Assembly (NCBI GenBank): GCA_947259425.1
Contig: CAMYMO010000217.1
Span: 1 to 38,715, forward strand
Length of the DNA stretch: 38,715 nucleotides
Source of the DNA: an uncultured Ectothiorhodospiraceae bacterium
GTDB lineage: Bacteria; Pseudomonadota; Gammaproteobacteria; UBA6429; Thiohalophilaceae
Direction of reading: 5' to 3'
A model generated the notes under the pieces. That model ran no database searches. It saw only the letters and a list, made by a program, of their open reading frames with translations, and was not told the DNA's origin. Within the stretch, counting starts at the first letter, position 1. Each line of letters begins with the position of its first letter. A program made the position numbers and the translations under genes. Of this stretch, positions 8,002 to 15,956 are shown one piece after another.

Positions 8002-8346
8002 ATGTTTAATAAATCAAATAAAGCAGTATTTGCAGCCTCTATCGTAGGATTGTTGGCCGTACCCATCGCATCAACAAATGCAATGTTATCACAAGACAAG
8101 TCACCGTTCGCTATGACTGAGTTAAATGGTGGATATATGCAAATTGCTGACAGCAAATGCGGTGAAGGAAAGTGTGGCGGTTCCAAGAAGAAGGAACCTG
8201 AAGGCAAATGCGGTGAAGGAAAGTGTGGTGGTTCCAAGAAGAAGGAATCTGAAGGCAAATGCGGTGAAGGAAAGTGTGGCGGTTCCAAGAAAAAGGAGTC
8301 TGAAGGCAAATGCGGTGAAGGTAAATGCGGTGGTTCCAAGAAGTAA
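8002..8346 (+). CDS. HvfA/bufferin-like Cys-repeat RiPP-metallophore precursor (signal peptide + 4 x EGKCGEGKCGG)
   Basis: AGGAGA RBS at 7991-7996. Signal peptide MFNKSNKAVFAASIVGLLAVPIASTNA, then 'SPFAMTELNGGYMQ', then four KCGEGKCGGSKKKE(S/P)EG units (8 Cys). This matches my memory of the HvfA family signature (EGKCG motifs). Confidence 0.8.
   Translation: MFNKSNKAVFAASIVGLLAVPIASTNAMLSQDKSPFAMTELNGGYMQIADSKCGEGKCGGSKKKEPEGKCGEGKCGGSKKKESEGKCGEGKCGGSKKKESEGKCGEGKCGGSKK
8155..8343 (+). repeat. In-frame 51-nt tandem repeat, 3.7 copies, encoding KCGEGKCGGSKKKE(S/P)EG
   Basis: Copies at 8155-8205, 8206-8256, 8257-8307 and 8308-8343 (partial). The first three differ from each other by only 1-4 substitutions. 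Confidence 0.95.
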
Positions 8347-8365
8347 CTGGGTTTCGTCAGGGAAG

Positions 8366-8389
8366 GGAGATTGGGATGTTCCAATCTCC
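8366..8389 (+). promoter_or_regulatory. Stem-loop between precursor gene and downstream enzyme genes (possible leaky attenuator / mRNA stabiliser)
   Basis: GGAGATTGG (8366-8374) / GATGTT / CCAATCTCC (8381-8389), a perfect 9-bp stem 20 nt after the stop. No clean U-tract follows (TCAACCTCTTG). Confidence 0.4.
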
Positions 8390-8420
8390 TCAACCTCTTG
8401 TAAGTTTAATGGAGAATGAT

Positions 8421-10058
8421 ATGAATGCAGCAGAATTGTTTATCCGCTGTCTGGAAAACGAAGGTGTGACGGAAATTTTTGGTATTCCCGGAGAGGAAAA
8501 TCTTGCCGTTATGGATGCTTTATTATCGAGCCCAATTCGATTCATTACGACACGACATGAACAGGGTGCAGCGTTTATGGCCGATGTGTATGGACGTCTA
8601 ACTGGTAAGGCCGGTGTTTGTCTGGCAACATTAGGTCCCGGTGCAACGAATTTAATTACAGGTTTTGCAGATGCAAACATGGATAGGGCACCTATTGTTG
8701 CCATTGCGGGCCAAGGTGCAACGACTCGTTTGCATAAGGAAAGCCATCAAATCCTTGACTTGGTAAATTTATTTGAGCCTATATCTAAGTATTCAACGCA
8801 AATACGGTCCGGAAGAATAATCCCCGAGATCGTCCGAAAAGCGTTTAAAGATGCACAGGCTGAAAAACCAGGGGGTAGTTTTGTCGATTTTCCAGAAGAT
8901 GTGGCCGATGAAATTGTAGATGCAGAATATCTCCCCTTAAAAGTTCAAAGCCCAAAACCACCACGAGCGCCACAAGACAAACTTCAACAGGCGGCCGATT
9001 TAATTTCGAAAGCAAAATTTCCTTTAGTTATGGCTGGCAATGGAGTCATTCGTGGAAATGCAGCAGAGCAGCTTATTAAATTTTCAGAAAAATTAAAATT
9101 ACCTGTTGCCACGACCTTTATGGCAAAGGGAGTCATCCCTTTCTCGCATGAGAATTCTATCGGAACAGTCGGTTTACAAGCGAATGACTACGTGGCTTGT
9201 GGCTTTGATCGAGCGGATCTTGTGATATGTATTGGTTATGACATGGTTGAGTATCATCCCCATCTTTGGAATAAGCAACGAGACAAAAAGATAATCCATA
9301 TCGACATGATGCCTTCAGAGGTGGATGCGCATTATATATTAGAGGCGGGTGTCATCGGAAACATCGGTGATTCGTTAGACGTGATTAGTGAAACGGCCAA
9401 ACCGCAAAAAGTATTTCAAGCCAGTGGATTGCGCAAAACGATAGTTGAAGAATTTAATACTTATGCGGATGATCAAAGTTTTCCATTAAAACCTCAAAGA
9501 ATAATCTCTGATTTGAGAAAAGTTTTAAACCCCGAAGATGTCGTTATTTCTGATGTAGGTGCACACAAGATGTGGATGGCAAGAATGTACCAATGTGAAC
9601 AGCCAAATACTTGCATTATTTCAAACGGATTTGCATCAATGGGTATTGGTGTCCCCGGAGCGATCGCTGCAAAAATTGCATTCCCAGATAAAACTGCATT
9701 GACTGTTACCGGAGATGCAGGCTTTATGATGAATTCACAGGAAATTGAAACAGCGCTTCGAATTAACACACCCATGATCATATTGGTTTGGACTGATAGT
9801 GAGTATGGATTAATAAAATGGCATCAAATGCGTCATTATGGACGGGAAAGTCATATCAAATTTAATAACCCTGATTTTGTTAAATACGCAGAGAGCCTTG
9901 GGGCGAAAGGTTACCGTGTTAATTCTTCAAATGAGTTGATCCCTACATTAGAGAAGGCCATAGCAGATAACACGGTAGTTATAATTGATTGTCCAGTCGA
10001 CTATTCCGAAAATATGAAACTGACCGAAAAACTTGGCAACTTAATTTGTCCTATTTAG
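8421..10058 (+). CDS. alsS: AlsS-like (catabolic-type) acetolactate synthase / ThDP-dependent enzyme
   Basis: The track ORF starts at 8325, but that extension overlaps the upstream gene. ATG 8421 follows GGAGA (8411-8415). MNAAELFIRCLENEGVTEIFGIPGEENL..., HKESHQILD, IGYDMVEYHPHLWN, the ThDP motif GDAGFMMNSQE...N and IIDCPVDYSENMKL all parallel B. subtilis AlsS as I remember it. Confidence 0.8.
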   Translation: MNAAELFIRCLENEGVTEIFGIPGEENLAVMDALLSSPIRFITTRHEQGAAFMADVYGRLTGKAGVCLATLGPGATNLITGFADANMDRAPIVAIAGQGATTRLHKESHQILDLVNLFEPISKYSTQIRSGRIIPEIVRKAFKDAQAEKPGGSFVDFPEDVADEIVDAEYLPLKVQSPKPPRAPQDKLQQAADLISKAKFPLVMAGNGVIRGNAAEQLIKFSEKLKLPVATTFMAKGVIPFSHENSIGTVGLQANDYVACGFDRADLVICIGYDMVEYHPHLWNKQRDKKIIHIDMMPSEVDAHYILEAGVIGNIGDSLDVISETAKPQKVFQASGLRKTIVEEFNTYADDQSFPLKPQRIISDLRKVLNPEDVVISDVGAHKMWMARMYQCEQPNTCIISNGFASMGIGVPGAIAAKIAFPDKTALTVTGDAGFMMNSQEIETALRINTPMIILVWTDSEYGLIKWHQMRHYGRESHIKFNNPDFVKYAESLGAKGYRVNSSNELIPTLEKAIADNTVVIIDCPVDYSENMKLTEKLGNLICPI

Positions 10059-10067
10059 GAGCACGTG

Positions 10068-11513
10068 ATGAAATCACACTATCCACTTTTAATTAAGAAT
10101 GTAAAACATGGTGAATCTTCGCTTGAAGTGCGAACTCCATTTAGTGGTAATGTAATAGCCACATTTGAGACGGCAAATCACGATGTAGTTGAATTAGCAT
10201 TATCGACAGCTGATGAATTATTTAAAGATCGTTCGAGGTGGTTAACCGTCGAGAGGCGATTGTCAATTCTAAATAAAACAGTTCTGATAATGGAGGAACG
10301 TTTTGAACAGTTAGCACGCGAAGCTGCAGCTGAAGGTGGAAAACCTTTACAAGATTCTCGAGTTGAAGTAGATCGTGCCATAGATGGCGTTAGAACAAGT
10401 ATAGAATGTTTGCGTAGTGATGGCGGTCGTGAGATACCAATGAATAAGAATTTAGCTTCTATTAACAGACTGGCGTTTACAACATTTGAACCAATTGGAC
10501 CTGTCGTTGCAGTAAGTGCGTTTAATCATCCACTAAACCTGATTGTTCATCAAGTTGTACCCGCTATAGCGGCGGGTAATCCTGTCATAGTTAAACCAGC
10601 AGAAGATACGCCAATATCCTGTTATAACTTTATAAATATTTTACATGAGGCAGGTCTGCCAAAAGCCTGGTGTCAATCATTGATTGTCCACGATATTGAT
10701 GTGGCAACCTCATTAGTAACTGATTCTCGGGTTGGCTTTTTTAGTTTTATTGGTAGTAGTCGGATTGGCTGGATGCTCCGTTCCAAATTGGCGGCAGGAA
10801 CGCGTTGTGCACTTGAGCATGGTGGAGCAGCTCCGGTCATACTAACTGAAGATGCTAATCTCGATAAAGCCATCCCATTGTTGGCTAAAGGCGGTTTTTA
10901 TCACGCAGGACAAGTATGTGTATCTGTACAGCGGGTTTTTTGTCACAAAAATATTGCTAAGAAAGTAGCTACACGTTTAGCTGCCTATGTAGAAAAAATG
11001 AAAGTTGGTGATCCACTCGATGAAGAAACTGAAATAGGTCCATTAATTCGTACACGTGAAGTTAATCGAATACATGAGTGGGTGATTGAGGCTGGCAAAT
11101 CCGGAGCGAAAATTTATTCAGGGGGTAATCCATTATCCGAGAGTTGTTATTCACCAACCGTTATTTTTAATCCACCTCAAGAAGTGCAGGTCTCTCGATT
11201 AGAAATCTTTGGACCGGTTGTTTGTATCTACTCTTATTCAAATATAGATAGTGCAATTAAACAAGCTAATTCATTGCCGCTAGCTTTTCAGTCGGCTGTA
11301 TTTACACAGGATCTCGATAAAGCGTTATATATAAGTCAGCGGCTCAATGCCTCAGCGGTGATGATTAATGATCATACGGCGTTTCGTACTGACTGGATGC
11401 CATTTGCAGGTTTGAAAGAATCGGGGCTTGGTACTGGTGGTATCCCATATACATTTCATGAAATGCAAACGGAAAAAATGACCGTATTTAATTCAAATTC
11501 AATTTTAAGTTAG
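10068..11513 (+). CDS. NAD(P)-dependent aldehyde dehydrogenase family protein
   Basis: AGGAG at 10057-10061, ATG at 10068 (the track begins at GTG 10065). Catalytic region ...ALEHGGAAP... and ...HAGQVCVSVQRVF..., with FNHPLN and KPAEDTP motifs. Confidence 0.9.
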   Translation: MKSHYPLLIKNVKHGESSLEVRTPFSGNVIATFETANHDVVELALSTADELFKDRSRWLTVERRLSILNKTVLIMEERFEQLAREAAAEGGKPLQDSRVEVDRAIDGVRTSIECLRSDGGREIPMNKNLASINRLAFTTFEPIGPVVAVSAFNHPLNLIVHQVVPAIAAGNPVIVKPAEDTPISCYNFINILHEAGLPKAWCQSLIVHDIDVATSLVTDSRVGFFSFIGSSRIGWMLRSKLAAGTRCALEHGGAAPVILTEDANLDKAIPLLAKGGFYHAGQVCVSVQRVFCHKNIAKKVATRLAAYVEKMKVGDPLDEETEIGPLIRTREVNRIHEWVIEAGKSGAKIYSGGNPLSESCYSPTVIFNPPQEVQVSRLEIFGPVVCIYSYSNIDSAIKQANSLPLAFQSAVFTQDLDKALYISQRLNASAVMINDHTAFRTDWMPFAGLKESGLGTGGIPYTFHEMQTEKMTVFNSNSILS

Positions 11514-11524
11514 AGGATATAACC

Positions 11525-13057
11525 ATGCCAGATACAACATTAGTTATTAAGATATTTGAGATTGCAGCTTACCTGTTTATTTTTGTGCTCGGGACAGGAG
11601 TATTGGTTCTTATTGGAATGTATATTCTTGATATTAATCAAACAAAACAAGCCATTCGACGTAATTATCCGATTATTGGACGTTTTAGATATTGGTTCGA
11701 AGAAATGGGGACTTTTTTTCGCCAATACTTTTTTGCAATGGATCGCGAGGAGTTGCCTTTTAATCGTGCCGATCGATCCTGGGTTTACCGAGCAGCAAAG
11801 GATATTGGTAATACAACCGCATTCGGTTCAACCCGGGATTTACGAACAAGTGGTACGGTATTATTTTCTAATTGTCCTTACCCGACGCTTGATGAAGATG
11901 CGACACCTGTCGGAGCAATAACCATTGGCCCTTATTGTAAAAAGCCATATACAACCGATTCGCTTTTCAATATTTCAGGTATGAGTTATGGGGCGATTTC
12001 TACACCCGCTGTGCGTGCGTTATCGAATGGTGCACGTATGGCGGGCTGTTGGATGAACACGGGTGAAGGAGGGTTATCACCTTATCACCTTGAAGGTGGT
12101 GCAGATATCGTGTTTCAGATCGGAACGGCTAAATATGGCGTTCGGGATGTTAATGGTCGATTGAGCGATATAAAACTACGTGAAATCGCCGCGCAAAAAC
12201 AAGTAAAGATGTTTGAAATAAAATTAAGTCAAGGAGCTAAACCAGGGAAGGGTGGAATTTTACCAGGCGAGAAAGTAACAAAAGAAATCGCCAGAATTAG
12301 AGGGATCAAAGTAGGCGAAGATTCGATTAGTCCTAATCGACATCCCGAGATCAATAATGAAGAAGACCTGCTAAATATGATTGAGTATGTACGAAGTGTA
12401 ACTGGAAAACCGGTTGGGTTTAAAACGGTTATCGGAGCGTATGGGTGGGTAGAAAGTTTATGTAAGGCCATTTTAGAGCGGGGGATCGAAAGTGCGCCAG
12501 ATTTTATTACTATCGATAGTGCGGATGGAGGTACCGGTGCAGCTCCGATGAGTTTGATTGATTATATGGGACTGCCTATTCGTGAAAGTTTACCGTTAGT
12601 GATTAATATACTTGAACAATATGGACTTAGGGAACGTATCAAGATAGTAGCCTCAGGCAAACTCATTACACCCGCTGAGATCGCCTGGGCATTATGTATT
12701 GGCGCTCATTTTGTTACATCGGCACGTGGATTCATGTTTTCTTTAGGTTGTATCCAGGCACTACAGTGCAATAAGAATACGTGTCCAACTGGTATCACAA
12801 CTCATAATAAACGATTACAAAAAGGACTGGATCCCGATTCAAAAGCCGAAAGGGTAAAGAATTATGTAAAGAATATGGTTTACGAAGTTGGAGTTGTCGC
12901 CCATTCCTGTGGTGTAAAGGAGCCGCGTCAGTTACGTCGCTTTCACGCCAGAATAGTTACCGAAGCCGGAAACTCAGTTTCATTAGATGATCTGTACCAT
13001 CAAGAGAAAGTAACCCATGAAATAGTTTCCGGAACACAACTAAGTAAAGTGAATTAA
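11525..13057 (+). CDS. Membrane-anchored FMN-binding glutamate-synthase-domain (GltB domain-2-like) protein
   Basis: N-terminal TM helix (IFEIAAYLFIFVLGTGVLVLIGMYIL). Motifs NTGEGGLSPYH, KLSQGAKPGKGG, DSADGGTGAAP and ASGKL are typical of stand-alone glutamate-synthase-related FMN proteins. GAGGA RBS at 11513-11517. Confidence 0.85.
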   Translation: MPDTTLVIKIFEIAAYLFIFVLGTGVLVLIGMYILDINQTKQAIRRNYPIIGRFRYWFEEMGTFFRQYFFAMDREELPFNRADRSWVYRAAKDIGNTTAFGSTRDLRTSGTVLFSNCPYPTLDEDATPVGAITIGPYCKKPYTTDSLFNISGMSYGAISTPAVRALSNGARMAGCWMNTGEGGLSPYHLEGGADIVFQIGTAKYGVRDVNGRLSDIKLREIAAQKQVKMFEIKLSQGAKPGKGGILPGEKVTKEIARIRGIKVGEDSISPNRHPEINNEEDLLNMIEYVRSVTGKPVGFKTVIGAYGWVESLCKAILERGIESAPDFITIDSADGGTGAAPMSLIDYMGLPIRESLPLVINILEQYGLRERIKIVASGKLITPAEIAWALCIGAHFVTSARGFMFSLGCIQALQCNKNTCPTGITTHNKRLQKGLDPDSKAERVKNYVKNMVYEVGVVAHSCGVKEPRQLRRFHARIVTEAGNSVSLDDLYHQEKVTHEIVSGTQLSKVN

Positions 13058-13075
13058 GCTAATTTGGAGAAAGTG

Positions 13076-13540
13076 ATGAATATTGTAATAGATACAACAA
13101 AAAATGTTTTTTCAGCATTAGATGGCGTCGGTCAGCATTTATCGATGCTGGGATTACGTTTATTATTGGCATGGGAATTCTGGGAATCCGGAGTAGAGAA
13201 ATTTAACGGTGAAAACTGGTTTGCGCAAATTAAAGATGATTTCCCTTTTCCTTTTAATATTATTCCTACAGATATTAGCTGGTTTTTATCAACCTGGAGT
13301 GAATTGCTTGGAGCTGTTGCGCTTGTCATAGGTTTGGGAACACGATTTACGACTTTATCATTGATTATATTAGACATTGTTGCTTGGGTAAGTGTTCATT
13401 CCGGAAACGGCTATAATGTATGTAGTAACGGATATAAACTACCATTGATGTATATGGTGATGTTAATACCGTTATTACTATCTGGCCCAGGTAAGGCGAG
13501 TATTGATGAATGGCTGAAAAATAGATTTTTTTCAAACTAA
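13076..13540 (+). CDS. DoxX-family integral membrane protein
   Basis: GGAGA at 13066-13070, ATG at 13076 (the track begins at TTG 13064). LRLLLAWEFWESGVEKF...ELLGAVALVIGLGTRFTTLSLII...LLLSGPGKASIDEWL follows the DoxX pattern (about 4 TM). Confidence 0.8.
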   Translation: MNIVIDTTKNVFSALDGVGQHLSMLGLRLLLAWEFWESGVEKFNGENWFAQIKDDFPFPFNIIPTDISWFLSTWSELLGAVALVIGLGTRFTTLSLIILDIVAWVSVHSGNGYNVCSNGYKLPLMYMVMLIPLLLSGPGKASIDEWLKNRFFSN

Positions 13541-13554
13541 CTTTAAAAAGAGAT

Positions 13555-13977
13555 ATGAACATTCTAAATCAGATTAGAGTAAATATGCTTTCTATAATAA
13601 GCCTGGTTGTCGCTTTAACGGCACTTAGTTATAACACCTATAGAAATGAACTAACTGAAGAGAATCGAAATAAAAGGCATGCCGGATTTGAATTGTTAAT
13701 GGAGCTAAACCAATTACAACTTCTAGTTGATTATGCTCACTACTCAAATGACAAAAAGACAGGAAGTCCGATAAAGGGTTGGAGCCATGTATTGTATATC
13801 AATGATATGAGTCATTTAATATCGAAGGAAGTGCTGGCGCAGTCTGCCAATTTACGACAAACCTGGCGGAACGAATGGGAGACTATGCATTCGAATGAAG
13901 AAAGTAATAAAAATATTACCGTATCGATCAATATTTTACGCAATAAGGTACTAAAAGAGATCGAACGTTTGGAATAA
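13555..13977 (+). CDS. Hypothetical N-terminally membrane-anchored protein (140 aa), last gene of the operon
   Basis: One TM helix (MLSIISLVVALTALSY), then a charged helical region. It starts 14 nt after the DoxX gene. I recognise no family. Confidence 0.55.
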   Translation: MNILNQIRVNMLSIISLVVALTALSYNTYRNELTEENRNKRHAGFELLMELNQLQLLVDYAHYSNDKKTGSPIKGWSHVLYINDMSHLISKEVLAQSANLRQTWRNEWETMHSNEESNKNITVSINILRNKVLKEIERLE

Positions 13978-13997
13978 AATTTAAAACCTATTCGTGA

Positions 13998-15029
13998 TTA
14001 ACGAGTTTGATATTTTTGCTTGGATTTTTCAGTACGCCAGAGTTGGTAGTTAGGTTGTTGGCGATATGCACGAGTATTGATAAATTGCAGCACGTTTTGT
14101 AAACGGAAAAAACCGACCACCGATTCAACACGGATAATTTCTTCTCCTGACTCATCAAAAAATATCAGTGTCGGTGCGTAATCAAGGGCAAGTTCATCGG
14201 CCCATTGTCTGGCGGTAGTTCGCTTGCCAGTAGGAGTAACCAGCGGGCTGGACGACCACATATCAAGCTGTACCGATTTCATATATTTAAGTTGCTCAAG
14301 TATAGTGGGTCGAACCAGCGGGTTGGCATGTAAAACATCGCAGGCGTGACATCTTCGCTCTTCAAAGAATACCGCCAGCGGACCAGAATTTTTTAGCTTG
14401 GCTAAATCATAAGGTGGTGATGTAAAAATATTGTTTTCGTTTAAGATATCCTGCCCGAAGCTGTGAGCACCCTCAGCACGAGCAAGATAGCTTCGAAAAT
14501 TTTCCTGACGAAAGTGTTTATCTGCAACATATTCTAATGCAGCTCGAAATTGATAAGGGGGACGATAACCAGTTAATGTCAAGGCATGTTGACCGCGATC
14601 GTCAATAAACATAACGGTGGGAGTGAAGGTGGCCTTGTGACGTGCGGCAAAAACTTTTTCACTGTATTGTTTGCCATCGATATCTGTGACCAGGCTGTCA
14701 CCACGGACATTGATTGCGATCACATCAAAATTAGCGCGGGTATAGGAGACGATATCTTTACGTCCCCAGTTATTATTTAAAAGCGCTTTACAATATGGGC
14801 AATATGATTGGCCGAAATAGATAATCAGTCCACGGCGACCTCGATTCGCTTCTTTAATATCCTCCGGTATATCAAGAAAACTCAATTTAAACCATTCTGG
14901 AAGACTCAGTGCCTCGCGTAAAGGTTCATCGTTAATGGCAGGATCATCTGAGGACTTGGCAAAGGTTTGCCCGGTAAGACTCATACCAAGATAGAGGATT
15001 AAAGACGCGGTTAAGAGTAGTGTTTTCAT
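13998..15029 (-). CDS. Periplasmic protein with two thioredoxin-fold domains (CPYC and CHAC)
   Basis: Signal peptide MKTLLLTASLILYLGMSLTGQTFA. 'LIIYFGQSYCPYCKALL' and 'LAVFFEERRCHACDVL' are two Trx-like CxxC contexts about 155 aa apart. Confidence 0.8.
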   Translation of the reverse strand: MKTLLLTASLILYLGMSLTGQTFAKSSDDPAINDEPLREALSLPEWFKLSFLDIPEDIKEANRGRRGLIIYFGQSYCPYCKALLNNNWGRKDIVSYTRANFDVIAINVRGDSLVTDIDGKQYSEKVFAARHKATFTPTVMFIDDRGQHALTLTGYRPPYQFRAALEYVADKHFRQENFRSYLARAEGAHSFGQDILNENNIFTSPPYDLAKLKNSGPLAVFFEERRCHACDVLHANPLVRPTILEQLKYMKSVQLDMWSSSPLVTPTGKRTTARQWADELALDYAPTLIFFDESGEEIIRVESVVGFFRLQNVLQFINTRAYRQQPNYQLWRTEKSKQKYQTR

Positions 15030-15230
15030 AAGGCCATTGTGCTTGAATAAACCTGGATTATAAGTTATTTCACTTAATATCAGTTGCTAAAAAATAGAAA
15101 TGGTTGTTTTAGATCAAATAAAGTTTAAATTTCTGTCCCATTATATTCGCTGAAGCAACTCACGGAAGTTTCATTTTGTTTCTCTATTATTTAAGTTTGT
15201 TACCAGTTTTGTCGTCGTCACTTTAAATAC

Positions 15231-15848
15231 TTATTTTAAAATTCCAGTTAATAAATTTTGTGCAAGTGTTCGACTAAGCTGCTTTTTCTGTTCTGAAGAA
15301 GAAGCGATATCCCTGAGTTGTCCCGCTGTTAGTAACATCATTAATCCATGTGCCAGTGACCAGGCAGATACAGCGAATGATTGTGAATCGCCCGATTTAA
15401 ATATCCCCAAGGCCTGACCATTGATAATGATCTGTTCCAGCCCGGTAAATGCATTTGCGGATTTTTCGCTAAACGTTTTACTGAGAGAGTCAATTTCTAA
15501 TACACCACCGAACATTAAGTACATCATTTCTGGATTAGCTATTCCTAAATCAACATAGGCCTCGGCCGCCGAGATCAGTTGTTGTTCCGGATCATTTTGC
15601 TGCTTTTTCACGACCTCCAATAATGACTGGGTAAGCTGCTCAAATCCGGTTTGAGCAATCGCCGTGAGCAAGGCCGCTTTGTCTTCAAAATGTCGATAGG
15701 GTGCCGTGTGGCTCACCCCTGCCACCTTGGCGACTTCACGTAAACTCAAATGTGCCGCCCCTTTGGTTGGCAACAGTGAAATGGCTGCCTGAATTAAGCT
15801 GGCTCGTAGGTCCCCGTGATGATAGGTATTTTTCTCAGATCCGGTCAT
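15231..15848 (-). CDS. TetR/AcrR-family transcriptional regulator
   Basis: N-terminal HTH HHGDLRASLIQAAISLLPTKGAAHLSLREVAKVAGVSHTAPYRHFEDKAALL. Confidence 0.9.
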   Translation of the reverse strand: MTGSEKNTYHHGDLRASLIQAAISLLPTKGAAHLSLREVAKVAGVSHTAPYRHFEDKAALLTAIAQTGFEQLTQSLLEVVKKQQNDPEQQLISAAEAYVDLGIANPEMMYLMFGGVLEIDSLSKTFSEKSANAFTGLEQIIINGQALGIFKSGDSQSFAVSAWSLAHGLMMLLTAGQLRDIASSSEQKKQLSRTLAQNLLTGILK

Positions 15849-15882
15849 TTTTTATCACCTCTTGAGATTATCGGATAAAATG

Positions 15883-15933
15883 TTGACAATGTAAACATGT
15901 CTGCTATATTTAATGAAAGTTTACAGTGTAAAC
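15883..15933 (+). promoter_or_regulatory. Sigma-70-type promoter with overlapping palindromic operator (likely TetR site) for the methyltransferase gene
   Basis: TTGACA (15883-15888), 16-nt spacer, TATATT (15905-15910). A perfect 7-1-7 palindrome GTTTACA-G-TGTAAAC lies at 15919-15933. A second TGTAAACAT copy sits inside the spacer (15890-15898). Confidence 0.55.
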
Positions 15934-15956
15934 ATATTCTTAACAGGAGAAATAAT

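Noticed and set aside
8155-8343. Possible CRISPR array or minisatellite, because of the regular direct repeats.
   Set aside because: The repeats are contiguous with no spacers. The period is 51 nt (a multiple of 3) and in-frame inside a CDS. No cas genes are present.
7989-8393. 134-aa minus-strand ORF with striking 'FLEPPHFPSPHLPS' repeats, and the 8126..8419 plus-strand ORF with 'KANAVKESV' repeats.
   Set aside because: Both are frame shadows of the 51-nt tandem repeat. The 8002..8346 frame has an AGGAGA RBS, a signal peptide and a recognisable family signature. The alternative frames have none of these.
8325-8420. N-terminal extension of the AlsS-like ORF given in the track (start at 8325).
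   Set aside because: It overlaps the end of the precursor gene and spans the hairpin. The conserved ThDP-enzyme N-terminus begins at MNAAELF (ATG 8421), which has its own GGAGA RBS.
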